A stretch of 64,000 nucleotides of DNA from assembly GCA_965153455.1 (NCBI GenBank), contig OZ234493.1, positions 9,352,213-9,416,212 of the forward strand, given 5' to 3'. A program made the translations under genes and the position numbers. Shown in pieces: positions 12,901-27,254 of this stretch. The first letter of the stretch is position 1. Each line of letters begins with the position of its first letter. Below the pieces are notes generated by a model. That model was not told the DNA's origin. It saw only the letters and a program-made list of their open reading frames with translations, and ran no database searches. Source of the DNA: Sphagnum compactum (lineage: Eukaryota).

Positions 12901-14603
12901 CTGGCATTACCAAGCTAGTCAAAATGACCAAAAACAAACCCAACTGAAACATGGTTATATGTTTGTGGGAAATTTATTTAACCATTATGCCCTAAACAAA
13001 AAACAACAAGATGGCAACCCTACCCACCTAAACCAACAACATGAAAAAAGGCTAACTACATTTACAAATTATTCAATCAAATCAACTAGTTACATTTACA
13101 TATTCAATCAGATTAGTTGTTGGCTTGGATATGTGGCATTACAAAGAAGGTTAAAATTATTACAAACAAAACCACTTGAAACATGGTAGTTGTATTCATG
13201 ACCAAAGAGTACAAAATATCGATAGAAAAAATGCAAATTAGATTTTTTGGTTTATTTTTAAAATCATAAGAGATTCAACAAAAGTCATATTAAAGTCATG
13301 TTTATTTACATGCATTGATTAAAAAAATCAAATCTAAAAGACATCCTTGTCGACCTATCTATTTCTGACAAACATTTCAAGGATTCTAGTTCAAATTGTA
13401 GGTGGGTTTTTAGAGAATGCCTTGGAAGTCCATAAGCTTGAATGGTTTTGTGGTAATATGTGTTGTCAATTCTCACAATCTCGAGTGCATTCCAGGCCAT
13501 AGTATTGCCCACAACGTTGTACCAAGACTTGTTAACTCGATGAAGGCGTCATATCATTGATGGGTCCATGGGCAAACAATTTAGAATATGTTCACAAACA
13601 AAATTGTCTATGAGAGGAGGGAGAAGATGGCACGGGTGTTTACATGAAGGTTTATGTTCAATAGGTTTTGGGGTAGAAGGCCTTTCCAAATCTAGTTTTA
13701 AAAAAAGTTTCTGGTTCAAGGTTTTAGGTTTCAAGGGATGGGGTGGTTGAAATTCTGATGTGGTTAGAGGAGGACTTCCAAAAAATTTCATGGATTTTGC
13801 ATGCCATGAAGCTGTTACAGTTTGTAGGATATCACAAAGCTTGCGAGCAAAGACACAGTGTGACCACAATGAAAGTAAGAAACATTGTCAAAAAAAAAGT
13901 CTTCAGCACAACAATCATAAAAAATTTCATCTTCTTCACTCGGAGAAATGGATATAAACATGGTATCCAAGGCTATGGGATAAACCTCACTTTAGACAAA
14001 AAAACAAGAAATTGCAAATCTCCGCCTATTCAACTCCCTCCACTTTTAATGCCACACTGCCGTTGGAGGTAATCCGAGCTTCATAGGAACAAAGGTTCCA
14101 AAATCTATGCCGCTTTCACGACCTACAAGCTGTAGCAACACACCAAAGTAGTCTAAAATGTGCAAGATCTGAAAGAGAGGTTGAAAGAATGCAAGTTGTA
14201 GCAACACCAGGCAATCTGAAATGCCCAAGATCTGAAACAGAGGTTTAAATGAAAATCAAGTAAAACGAGTAATCTTTTCGAGGTGTCAATTTACTGATCA
14301 GAAAATGACTCGAGGTGTCAATTCGCTTTGAGGACCTGGATCGAATCTTGGATTGGGGACCTGGATCATCATCATCTTCTTCTTCCTCCTCGTTTCAGCC
14401 AAGCATTTTGTTTCTATTATTATTTTCATTATTTTCTGTTCCCGAGGAGCTTCTTCCTCCATCTCCGCTCGCGATTCTCTCCGTTCTGTTGCACGAAATC
14501 CTGACAAAACCGCAAGTTGAGCGTTATTAGATCAAGGGAAAACAAAAAGACGAGGGGGGGAAGAAAGTCTGTTTTGAGGAGGGGGCAGTGCTTTAGTTGA
14601 AAG

Positions 14604-15821
14604 ATGGGAGTGGAGGAGACGAGCCCTTTGCAGGAGAGGCCGGCTCCCATTACGACCTCGGCTGTCCTTATGGCTGCATCCAAGCATATTGCCAGTAAAT
14701 GTGGAGCTCAAAACCGAGCCTTTCTTGATTGCAAGCGAAATGACCCCGACCCCGAGAGGTGTTTGCGCCAAGGCCAGCACGTCACTGGTTGTGTCATCTC
14801 TTTGTAATATTCGCAAACCCTAGTAGCGCGAGCTTTATGGATTTTGCCATTCTTTCTTTCATTCTGTCTGTCTGTGTCTTTCCCGAGGCTTGCAAAACCT
14901 GGCGGTAATTGCAGCAGGTAATGCGCCTCCCTCTCTGGTGATCAAAAGCGTTGAGAAACTGTACAATGAAGAGTGAAAAGCAGGCACCACACTGTGCAGT
15001 CTGATTAGTATAGAGCAAGGCATTTCTGCACACAGGAATGGCAGTTGCAGAATTTGTTGAAATGGCTTTCTACACAATATTTTGCACAATCCCTTGCCTT
15101 CTGCTTACTGAATAGTAGCAATTGAGCATTGATAATTGAATCCGATTGAGGTCATGTAATTAGGGTTGGTGTTGGCACAGATACAGCTGTGTCATTCATC
15201 TTAGATTTGTAGCCAGATCTGTACCAGCATCGGTCACACAAGCATCTTAAGCCCATGAATCAGTTGTAGCAGAACCGTATTTGCACATGTTCAGAAATTA
15301 GAGTTTCTACAGTCCTCTTGATCTGATTCTGGGAACAGCCTTGTTCGCATACATCTGACTGCCTACATTCAATGGAGAATCATTAGACAACAGGCAACAT
15401 ATGTTTGATTGATGAAGCTTTTGCATATAGCCAACAGAGGGAGATGCATAGCTGTAGTGGAGCTGTATTTACACACGTTCAGAGATTAGGGTTGCTAGAG
15501 TCCTCTTGATCAACTTCTTGGAATAGCATATGCTTGTTTGCATGCATCTGACTGCCTACAATAAATGGAGGATCATTAGACAAGAGGCAACATATGCTTG
15601 TTTGATGAAGCTTTTGCATATAGCCAATAGAGGAGAGAAAGGGAGATGTGTACCTTCAACTTACAGATATTGCTATTTTGTGAATGTCCAGGTTGAAGGA
15701 GCTCAACAACAAGTGCCCAAAGGCTATGGATGCATATAGCAAGTGTATGGACTACTGGACCAATGAGTTTGAGCTCTGCCGCAAGGAACAACAGGAGTTT
15801 GAGGAGGCTTGCCCACTATAG
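14604..15821 (+). CDS. NDUFA8: NADH dehydrogenase [ubiquinone] 1 alpha subcomplex subunit 8 (twin CX9C), exons 14604-14803, 15692-15821
   Basis: PITTSAVLMAASKHIASKC..NRAFLDCKRNDPDPERCLRQGQHVTGCVISL|LKELNNKCPKAMDAYSKCMDYWTNEFELCRKEQQEFEEACPL*. Four CX9C motifs and a phase-2 GT-AG intron. Confidence 0.93.
15352..15640. repeat. Direct duplication (~90 bp) in the NDUFA8 intron
   Basis: catctgactgcctaca..aatggag.atcattagacaa.aggcaacatatg..tg.ttgatgaagcttttgcatatagccaa at about 15352 and 15546. Confidence 0.75.
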
Positions 15822-16602
15822 GTGAACAATACAAGAAGTGCGAACAGATGGCAACCACTGTATGTTTGCTACTTTGGTGTAGCATGGCCTCATTATGCTT
15901 TGTTGGATTGGGGAAAAATCTCGCAAAAATAACAGCACTTTCTCTGTATGTTTTCAGAGGCAGTATTTGTAGGAGCAACACAGATTAGGCGATTTCTGGG
16001 GTGTAACATGTCAATGCTGAATAGCATTATTTTTGTCCAGCATTGAGACTATTTTGAGAACACAAACACTCTTATTGATGGAGTGTTTATCAGTTGCAGT
16101 AGGACGCTGAGGCTCTGTTATCTGGAGTGTTTGAGAAAGTGCTATTGAATCTCTTGTCCATTGCATGGACCCAGTAGTTTATGAATTCATGCAAGACTTG
16201 ACTTTTTTCATACTCACATCATGTTCCATGTAGTATGGTGTCGGTCTGCTTTCCAATGTAACTGTATGAAAGCCCATGGTGCAGCATGGAGGACAGCTCT
16301 GGACTTGCCCACCAAGGATGTCTGGAAGAACTTGGGTGTAACCTGGCCTAGTAAATGCTATCATCTCATGGTTATTTATGTATTACTCTCTTACAGGTCA
16401 GGAAGAACTCTCTTACAGACAATGGCTTATGATTCTGATGTGGGTGTGGGCATTCCTCCGGACCATAAATGATGCAGGTTGTTTGCACAAGTTCAATTTG
16501 CAGTTCAAAACTGAAATTACTGATTTGAGTGAGTATGTGGTAATGATACATGAAATATACTCTGCTGCAGTTGGGGATCAAAAACTTCCACAACTGCTTC
16601 CT

Positions 16603-19280
16603 TCAGAACCTGCCAACAATTCTGTGGAAGATATTGGTAGAGGAATCATGAGGCCTAATGACTCTGTTGACGATGCATACAGCTGCAAGCTTTGCCCCCA
16701 ATGAGGCAGACCCATGTGTGAAAAACAAAGCTCCTCCCAGTACCAATAACCCTCTTACTAGGTTCCTTTTGGAGTCAGATTTGCTCACAGGTTCACTACT
16801 ACTGCACTGCAACTTGGACTGCTGCTGTATTGTTGTTTCTGGAACAAGAACTTCTTCACTAACTGGAAATGTTTCCTTCATTTTCATCGGCACCTACACA
16901 GGTCAACACTTTCTTTTCAATTGCAATCTCCTAGAAAGCATGTAGGACTGACATGAGGTTGAATTCACATTCCTTAGAGAATCCACATGCTCTTAGAATG
17001 GAGTCAGTAGTTTCTTGTCAAAGAGTATCAGGAGCATAGTGAGCAAAGAAGCAAGAACTAGGATGCTGTGCACTACAAGCATTTTCAACAATCTGCAGTT
17101 TGTGATGTCGTCATGTTTGCTGCCAGTATGGGTTTACATTTGCAAACGATCCAAGAAATACATGCACAGCTTGCAAGCTACCCCAAGAAATTAATGAAAA
17201 GATTAAAAAAAAGTGGTGTGAGAATGGAGAGTGACTGCACCTTGTGAGCAAGTGATACTGCATTCACAGCTTCATCCAAATGGGAGCACTGATTGGCATA
17301 TCGACGAAGGTGCATGTCCATTTTCTGAACAAAACTCCAAATGCCTCGTCGAAAAACCATCTTAGCCATTTCACGTTGCACACCCATATCCTCCTGATGC
17401 ACCATCTTCACCTCGCTTGCATCTCTGCCTGGAACTGCAACCATGCAAAATTTGGTTGCTTAAATCAAATACCTGCCACCGTTGTGTAACATAGCTCCTC
17501 AAACCACATGCAGATCATGCATTACATTCATTTCCAACCCCCACTTTGCAAAACATTCTCCAAGAACCAATTCCTAGAGCAATCTAGGAATTGGTCTAAC
17601 AACACGGATTGGCATTAACAAAGAAATTGGCTTCTTCCGCACTGCAAAAAGATGAACCTGTACAAACAAACACAGATGCAAGCATCACGGTGTGGAATCA
17701 TGCACTCTTAACAGACCTTTTCGGATACGCCAGCCTGAAACATACTTGTCTACACGCTTATATTGGGATTGGCGTGGTGCATCAGGGTGTTCACATGCCT
17801 GCCCCCAACACAAACCCCAATTGTCATCAGCTTCCCATTTGCTACCGACCACATTCTAGCAGACTCACTCCTGAGGATCTGTTGTGTGAAATTGCTATAT
17901 ATGATTAGAGAAGCATCTTGATATAAAGCCATCCACAATGGGACTCAGTCACACACAAACAAACAAAACTATGAAGAATACCTTGAGAACACAGTAGTAG
18001 GATTGCTCATCACCCTCCCAGATTCGCCACACCAACACGTATTCTCTTGCCATCATCATTGGAAACTTTTTGATCATAAGCCCGACTTCAGTACCTGTAA
18101 TTTGGCAGACTTGTAGCTGGCGATGCTGAACTAGTGTTTTATCCCACTCTGCTCGAAAATCACTATCCATGTAAAAGTCCCGCAACAATCTTGTGGAGCA
18201 ATTCTCAAACACAGTGCTACTGAGATATTCTGTCGCTCCTCCATCCTGCACCCAAACAAAGAGAAAATGTCTAGTGCAATTTGTGAGTGGAATTTGCAAT
18301 GACCAAAAGAAAATCCACAAGAAAAGAGCTTCATCAGCATAAGAGCATTTGAAATTTTGCAACACCGAGGTTTTTGAGATTGGAAAAAATCCCACAAGAA
18401 GAGCTTCATCATCATAAGAGAATTTGGAGATTTTGCAAGGCTGGGGGTTTCAAAGTTGATACCTACTTCAGGAACAAACAGATCTGATGAGAATTCTGTC
18501 TGTTGTTTGTGGTTTTGCAGAAGAGAGAGAGAGAGAGAGAGAGAGAAGAAAAAAACAGGTGGGGGTGGGAAATTTTCATGGAAGGAATTTTGCTGACCTT
18601 GGGGTCTCGGCGTTTGGCACTGTAAGCTACACTGCGAGACTTCTTCTCCACAGTGTTTTCCCATTGAGGTTCATCATCACCATTGTCAACGTCCTCCTCC
18701 TTTCTCAGTACCTCTATGAAGTTGTGCAACTCCTCATCTGTAATCTGTACACTGCAAATTTTCATGTGTTTTGTATCTTGTGAAATCAGTGCAGCAGCAA
18801 CAGCTTCAGCACTTCCTGCCACAATGCTTTCTGCTGCCTCACTGCAAAGGCAACAACACAAAATAAAAATAGCCTCTGTGAGTGAGTTCCTCCTAACCCA
18901 GACACAGAGAGAAAGTCTTTGCCACAGTGAACAATCCTGTGGCAAACCAGCTCAAGCAGGACTACATACACTACTACTGATGCACAAAAGCTCAAGCTCT
19001 GCGGCTATACAACAAACATGTTTTGTTACGGAATCCCAAGGACGGCTTCAATTGTCGAGAAGAGAACATACCTACAAGCGGATGCATGAAGAGCTTGTTT
19101 TTCTGATGATGATAAGGAGGAGGAGGAGGCCGGTGGCCATGATCTCCTCCTCCTCCTCACTGTGCGAATTACCAAAACCCAAAAACAAAACCCAACAAGA
19201 AATAAAAGGGCGGCCGGAAGCACCCATGTTGTCCATATTTGCAAATGCTCATCACTCAACCACTCTAGTCCAGTCTTCAT
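16603..19280 (-). CDS. START-domain lipid-binding protein (PCTP/STARD7-like plant family). Exons about 19280-19072, 18841-18598, 18245-17982, 17798-17717, 17434-17241, 16893-16603
   Basis: Motifs WENTVEK...YSAKRRDPK, TEYLSSTVFENCS..LLRDFYMDSDFRAEWD, KKFP..AREYVLVWRIWE, SGWRIRKVPGRDASEVKMVHQEDMG..REMAK...GIWSFVQKM. Hydrophobic segments at both ends and GT-AG introns in phase. An alternative upstream ATG at 19331 is possible. Confidence 0.88.
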
Positions 19281-20057
19281 CTCTCCGTCTCTCTCCCTCT
19301 GCCACTCCCCAACAACAACAAAACAAACCATGAATCAACAACAGTCTTCTTCTTCAACTCTTGTTGTTGCTGTTGTTGTTGTTTTCTTGTTGTTTTTCTT
19401 TTTCTTCCTCTTCAGTTTTTAATGTTGTGTGAGAAAATCTTGCAATGGAACTCTGTGATTCTTCTCTCTCTCCCCCAGGCAAGCAAAACTCCCTCTTCCT
19501 CAAGGAAGAAGTGAGAAAAGCTTCACAGATCAAATAAATCCCCTTGGGAAGCTTCCCCAAAAAAAGAAGAAAAAAAACATTTCATCAAATCGCCAAGAAG
19601 AGAAATTTAAAATTAAGTGATTTTGGAGGTTTTCAATCGCCAGAAGTGAGGGAAAAAAAAAGAGAGAAAAAACAGTGTTGTATTTAGACATTATATAGAA
19701 AGGATGATTAAAGATAGATTAGTATTTCATAATTTGATTTATAGCCAGTTTTGGCTAAAACTTGCTAAGGATGATTGTCACTTGTTCTACTTCAGATCAG
19801 TCTTTCTTTTCACAGGCAAATTTCCCCCAAATTTCGACCTGAAAAACATTATTTTTCATTTATATATACAGGAATTTTCGTGGGAAAAAAAAGGCCCAAA
19901 TTCACCAGATTTTGAAGGAAAAACAAATCCAAATCACCAGATTTCTATGGTAGTTCTAGTAGGTAGCCAAAAACATAGCCAAGAATTTTGTGTGTGTGTG
20001 TGTGTGTGTGTTTTATTTATTTTTATTTTTTGGGTTTTTTCCTCGACTTTCATATCT

Positions 20058-20205
20058 AGTATGTAGCCAAAATTATTTTCTAGAAGAAACCCAAGAATTT
20101 ATTTTTTTTCGATATATGTAGCCAAAATTATTTTCTAGAAGAAACCCAAATTTTTTTATTTTTTTTCGATGTATGTAGCCAAAATTATTTTCTAGAAGAA
20201 ACCCT
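20058..20205. repeat. Three tandem ~57-bp repeats within an AT-rich dispersed repeat
   Basis: tatgtagccaaaattattttctagaagaaaccc occurs three times. Confidence 0.75.
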
Positions 20206-21551
20206 GCCTAGGCTACTACATCCTCATATACTCGTGATAGCTACTTTGGCTAATTTTTTTATAAAAACAATTCTTAAAAAATTATTTATAAATAAATTAA
20301 AAATAAAAAATAAAATTTTAAAAATTTTAAAAATTAAAATTTAAAAAAAAAAAACTGCTTGAAAAGCTCCAATCACAACAAAGTCTTGATCTGCTTGTTG
20401 CATGTACATGTGCCTGAAAAGCAAGCGAGGAGGAGGTTCTGGGAAAGATTCTTTTGATCTTTTGCTACAGCACTCATAAATGCTACACAAACTTGACCAC
20501 AAAACTCCAGAAAGAAAGAAAAAAGAAAGAAAAGAAAAAACAAAGAACTAGTACTACCACCATAGCACATGAACAGTTTTGACATAAAATTAAATCTTTT
20601 TTTTTTGGGTTTGCCGATTTTTTTTTTGAAATTTTTTTATTTATTATTACTTGTGTTGAATTAATTTCTTAAATTATATTTATTATAAAAAATTAAGGAT
20701 CTGCAAAAAGCAAGTTTCTCTGACTATTGGGGGTTTGAATTGCAGACTTTAAAAAAGTTCAAGAACTTAAGACTTTGAGACCACAAGTCTAAAAACACAT
20801 ACATTATTAGACTGTCCCATAAACATAACAAGAATGTGTTTATTATTTTTTATTATTATTTATAACCATTTATGTATCAAAACTTTCAAAATAAACCCAA
20901 AGAAAAATCGAATGCGTAAGTTTTAAGATTTAAGATTTAATTAAATTTTTCAACAGTTTTGTTGCCGAATCCAATCAGGTAGTACGGTGCTAAGCTATTA
21001 TTGCCAATGTGATGCAAAAGCTTTGGAGAAAATGCAAAAAATTCTTGCTCGGGTCGGATCGATCAATTGGAAACCGGTGTCAAACTTGGATCCATGAAAG
21101 AAAGGAAAAGAAAACCCACAAGAAAAGAAGATTGATTTATGCACGGATGATAAGAGGTGCCAAAGAGGTACCGAATTGCCCCCATTTTGTTTTTTTTTAA
21201 GAAGAGATTTTGGCAAACCCACCCCCAAGAACCCAACAAATGCGGAGATGAGATCGTCCACAATCGTGTATGTACACTAGGAAAACATGGCCAGCCAAAA
21301 GCCCAAAAAAGAGATTGACATTTATCCAAATCTGCATGCAGTTCAGCTTCTTTACACCTCCCAAGCTACTACAACAAAAAAAAACCCTAGGTAGTAGTGT
21401 AGGTACCCCTCCCCTCCCCCCCCCCCCCCCAAGGGTGATGGCTATGGGCCCCAGTGTTTTTTTAAAAAAGTTGTTGGCAGTTTTTTTTTCAAAAATGAAA
21501 AATTCGAACCTTTTGCCCAAACTTGAACTCCGGTAAACCTATACCAATTAT

Positions 21552-22180
21552 TACATATAGTAAGGAACAATGAAGCTTCCCCTGAAGCCGTGCAAATGAA
21601 GCTTCCCCTGAAGCCGTGCGAATGAAGCTTCCCCTAAATCCGTCCGGACTGGCATCATACAGGGAAGAAAGCCCTGGCAGAAATAAATAACACCCCCCAC
21701 CCCCTCATGCCCGGCCCCAGGTGGGGCACCCCAAGATTTACTCTACAGAGGACGTGATTTTTTTTTTTTTCGTTCTCTGTTTTCGGTGTTTTTTTTGGGT
21801 TTATAATAATAATAATAAAATAGAAAAATAAAAAATTATCTTATATATATATATATATAAAGTTTTAATTTTTCAATTCATCCATCCCATCAGCCATCTA
21901 TTTAAGCCGGACGGGGATGGATGTCTATTTAAGCAGGATGGGGTGGGTTAGAATCAACAAAGACCCAACAATTTTAGGTGCATGTTTGATTTATTTTAAA
22001 CACACACCTGTGCATTAGGCACGGGGCACAAACTTGCCCAGCCCCAGGGGGGGCACCCCCAAGATTTACTGTACAGAGGACGGGGTGTTTTTCTTTTCAT
22101 TTTTTTTTTCGTTCTCTATTTTCGGTGTTTTTTTTTTGGTTTATAATAATAATAATAAAATAAAAAATGAAAATTTATCT

Positions 22181-22212
<32 letters not shown>

Positions 22213-23209
22213 TTTAATTTTTTAATTCATCCATCCCATCAACCGTCTATTTAAGCCGGACGGGGATGGATGTCTATTTAAGCCGGATGGGGTGGGTTAG
22301 GACCGGCAAAGACCCAGCAGTTTTAGGTGCAAGTTTGATTTATTTTAAACACACACCTGTGCATTAGGCACGGGGCACAAACTTGCCCGGCCACGGGGGG
22401 GCACCCCCAAGATTTACTGTACAGAGGACGAGGACGGGGTGTTTTTCTTTTCATTTTTTTTTTCGTTCTCTATTTTCGGTGTTTTTTTTGTTTATAATAA
22501 TAATAATAATAATAATAAAATAATGAAAAATTATCTTATATATATATCGTCAAATACACACACCTGTGCATTATGCACGGGGCTCAAACTAGCTTCCCCT
22601 AAATCCGTTCGAACCGGACGGACATTTCCTCCATCCCTCCGACCCGTCCATCCATCCGTCCCGTCATACAGGGAAGATGGCATCATACAGGGAAGAAAAC
22701 CCTGGCAGAAATAAATAACCCCCCCCCTCCGCCCCCTCATGCCCAGCCCCAGGGGGGCACCCCCAAGATTTACTATACAGAGGACGTGGTCTTTTTCTTT
22801 TCATTTTCTTTTTCGTTCTCTGTTTTCGGTGTTTTTTTTTTGTTTATAATAATAATAAAAAAATAGAAAAATGAAAAATAATCTTATATATATATGTATA
22901 AAGTTTTAATTTTTTAATTCATCCATCCCATCAGTCGGCTTAAACATCAGCCGTCTATTTAAGCCGGATGGGGTGGGTTAGGACCGGCAAAGACCCAGCA
23001 GTTTTAGGTGCATGTTTGATTTATTTTAAACACACACCTGTGCATTGGGCACGGGGCACAAACTTGCCCGGCCCCAGGGGGGGCACCCCCAAGATTTACT
23101 ATACAGAGGACGGGGTGTTTTTCTTTTCATTTTCTTTTTCGTTCTCTGTTTTCAGTGTTTCTTTTTGTTTCTAATAATAATAAAAAAATTAAAAAATTAA
23201 AAATTATCT

Positions 23210-23248
<39 letters not shown>

Positions 23249-26200
23249 ACCGTCAAATACACAATGGTACCGACAATGAAGCCGCCCCTGAAGCCGGACG
23301 GACAGTCTACTTCGTGACCATGTGTGGACCACGACACTTGGCTGCCTCTGACCCTGGAACTCGAGTGCGTGTGAATATCGCGGCCGTGGAATTTCAGCTG
23401 TGGACGGATTGGATCAAGTTTTGGCAGGCAAAGGGGAAGCCTTTGGATGGATATAGACTATAGACTATAGACAACCCTACTTTTTTTTTGTTGGAAATTT
23501 TAATGAAGGGAGTGGGGGGGAAAAAAAAACTATGGACCTGTGGGCTACTTATTAGGAGTTTTTTTAATTAAAAAAATTGGGGGTGGGGAAGGGGGTGTAT
23601 AACTTGGGGTTATTGATTTTATTTCTCATAGTTGCAATAACCCGTGGTACCTATTCATTGAATTGAGGGGTGGGCCGGGGTCCTTTTGGGTGATTTTTTG
23701 GGGGTGTTTTTTTTTGTCCGGAGTCAGGCACCGCATAAGGCACTTAGGTGTAAGATCCCTCCCACTCTTAAGGCCTAGGCATAAGAATCCCTCGTCTTTT
23801 CCAAGTGGGAGAATATTCAAGGGGGGGATCGACGAGTTAAAGACCCGGACTGGGAAATGCGAAGGACTGGGCGGGGGGGGCTCGACGGGTTAAAGACCCG
23901 GAGTGGGAAATGCGAAGGACCGGGCGAGGGGGGTTCGACGGGGTTGAACCAAACATTGTTGAAATAACACACCTGTGCCTTAGGCACGGGGCACACACTA
24001 GTATCTATAGTAAAGGAAGAATGAACCTTCCCCTGAAGCCGTGCGAATGAAGCTTCCCCTAAATCCGTCCGAACCGGACGGACATTTCCTCCATCCGTCC
24101 GACCCGTCCATCCATCCATCCCGTCATATAGGGAAGATGACATCATACAGGTAAGAAAACCCTGGTAGAAATAAATAACCCCCCCCCCGCCCCCTCATGC
24201 CCGGCCCCAGGGGGGGCACCCCCAAGATTACTGTACAGCGGACGTGGTCTTTTTCTTTTCATTTTTTTTTCATTCTCTGTTTTCGGTGTTTTTTTTTTGG
24301 TTTATAATAATAATAATGAAATAGAAAAATGAAAAATAATCTTATATATATATATATATAAAGTTTTAATTTTTTAATTCATCCATCCCATCGGCCGTCT
24401 ATTTAAGCCGGACGGGGATGGATGTCTATTTAAGCCGGATGGGGTGGGTTAGGACCGGCAAAGACCCAACAGTTTTAGGTGCATGTTTGATTTATTTTAA
24501 ACACACACCTATGCATTAGGCACGGGGCACAAACTCGCCCGGCCCTAGGGGGGCACCCCCAAGATTTACTGTACTGAGGACAGGGTGTTTTTCTTTTCAT
24601 TTTTTTTTCGTTCTCTGTTTTCGGAATTTCTTTTTGTTTATAATAATAATAATAAAATAGAAAAATGAAAAATTATCTTTTATATATATATATATATATA
24701 TCATCAAATACACACACCTATGCATTATGCACGGGGCTCCCCCAAGATTTACTACACAGAGGACGTGGTTTTTTTCTTTTCATTTTTTTTTTCGTTCTCT
24801 ATTTTCGACGTTTTTTTTTTGTTTATAATAATAATAATAAAATAGGAAAATGCAAAATAATCTTATATATAAGTTTTAATTTTTTAATTCATCCATCCCA
24901 TCAGCCGTCTATTTAAGCCGGATGGGGATGGATGTCTATTTAAGCCGGATGGGGTGGGTTAGGACCAGCAAAGACCCAGCAGTTTTAGGTGCATGTTTGA
25001 TTTATTTTAAACACACACCTGTGCATTAGGCACGGGGCACAAACTTGCCCGGCCCCAAGGGGGGCACCCCCAAGATTTACTGTACAAAGGACGGGGTGTT
25101 TTTCTTTTCATTTTCTTTTTCGTTCTCTGTTTTCGGTGTTTTTTTGTTTATAATAATAATAATAATAATAGAAAAATGAAAAATAATCTTATATATAAGT
25201 TTTAATTTTTTAATTCATCCATCCCATCAGCCGTCTATTTAAGCCCAACGGGGATGGATGTCTATTTAAGCTGGATGGGGTGGGTTAGGACCGGCAAAGA
25301 CCCAGCAGTTTTAGGTGCATGTTTGATTTATTTTAAACACACACCTGTGCATTAGGCACGGGGCACAAACTTGCCCGGCCCCAAGGGGGGCACCCCCAAG
25401 ATTTACTGTACAGAGGACGGGGTGTTTTTCTTTTCATTTTTTTTTTCGTTCTCTGTTTTCGGTGTTTTTTTTGTTTATAATAATAATAATAATAAAATAG
25501 AAAAATGAAAAAAATCTTATATATAAGTTTTAATTTTTTAATTCATCCATCCCATCAGCCGTCTATTTAAGCCGGACGGGGATGGATGTCTATTTAAGCC
25601 GGATGGGGTGGGTTAGGACCGGCAAAGACCCAGCAGTTTTAGGTGCATGTTTGATTTATTTTAAACACACACCTGTGCATTAGGCACGGGGCACAAACTT
25701 GCCCGGCCCCAAGGGGGGCACCCCCAAGATTTACTGTATAGAAGACGGGGTGTTTTTCTTTTCATTTTCTTTTTCGTTCTTTGTTTTCGGTGTTTCTTTT
25801 TGTTTATAATAATAATAATAAAATAGAAAAATGAAAAATTATCTTATATATATATATATATATATATATACCGTCAAATACACACACCTGTGCATTATGC
25901 ATGGGGCTCAAACACGAAAATGTCCGTCCGACCCATCCATCCATCCGTCTCGTCATACAGGGAAGGTGGCATCATACAGGGAAGAAAACCTTGGCAGAAA
26001 TAAATAACCCCCCCCCCCCGCCCCCTCATGCCCGGCCCCGGGGGGGGCACCCCCAAGATTTACTGTACAGAGGACGTGGCCTTTTTCTTTTCATTTTCTT
26101 TTTCATTCTCTGTTTTCGGTGTTTTTTTTTTGGTTTATAATAATAATAATAAAATAGAAAAATGAAAAATAATCTTATATATATATATATATAAAGTTTT

Positions 26201-26508
26201 AATTTTTTAATTCATCCATCCCATGAGCCGTCTATTTAAGCCGGACGGGGATGGATGTCTATTTAAGCCGGATGGGGTGGGTTAGGACCGGCAAAGATCC
26301 ACCAGTTTTAGGTGCATGTTTGATTTATTTTATACACACACCTGTGCATTATGCACGGGGCCCAAACTTGCCCAGCCCCGGGGGGGCACCCCCAAGATTT
26401 ACTGTACAGAGGACGTGGTCTTTTTCTTTTCATTCTTTTTCTTCTCTGTTTTCCGTGTTTTTTTTTGATTTATTATAATAATAATAAAATAGAAAAATGA
26501 AATTTTAT

Positions 26509-26545
<37 letters not shown>

Positions 26546-26590
26546 CGTCAAATACACACACCTGTGCATTATGCACGGGGCTCAAACTAG
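21552..26590 (+). mobile_element. Head-to-tail array of non-autonomous Helitrons with ~327-bp internal tandem units
   Basis: 5' motifs (tc)tatagtaa(a)ggaa.aatgaa.cttcccctgaagccg at about 21555 and 24004. The 3' hairpin cctgtgcatta.gcacggg is followed by CTAG at 22589, 23998 and 26587. The terminal sequence is the same as that after the RepHel gene. Confidence 0.88.
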
Positions 26591-27254
26591 AGCTTATCAT
26601 TCTATTTTTTAATTCCTCAAAAGTTGATGAATTTGGGTCTATATTTTCCAGGTTGAAATGTGGCAAAAAAAAAAAGCGCCAATTAAAAAAAAGAAGCAAT
26701 AGTGTAACTTAGGCCTTTTTTATTGGTGAAACATTTGCCAAAAACTTGTAATTTAAAATTCAGAAATTAAGTGATTTTGGAGGTTTTCAATAGGTAGACA
26801 TGAGAGAAAATAGGAATAAAAATTGCCAGATTTATATACTTGGTTTTCAGCATGTAACCAAAACATACAAGGATGATTAAAGATTTGTATTTCATAGATT
26901 TTGGCTAAATCTTCCCCGGGACGATTGCCACTTTTTTTACATCTTCCTATGGATGAAAGCCACTTTGGTTGCCAAAAAAAATTTAATTAACTAAAATAAA
27001 TAAACAATTTAAAAATATTTTTTAATTTTTAAAATAATCTCCTAAAAAAAACATCACTGTTTAAACTTGCATATAATTCAGACACCATATGAGCATATCA
27101 TTTCAGGCTTGCAAAATAATAATAATAATAATCCTAAGCATTTCTAATTTTACTACCCATTTCCAAACCCCAAAAAATAAGGGGGTGAAAAATAAAATGA
27201 AATAAAATAAAAATCTAAAGTATGTAGCAAACTCTAGCAAATTTTATTCAATCA

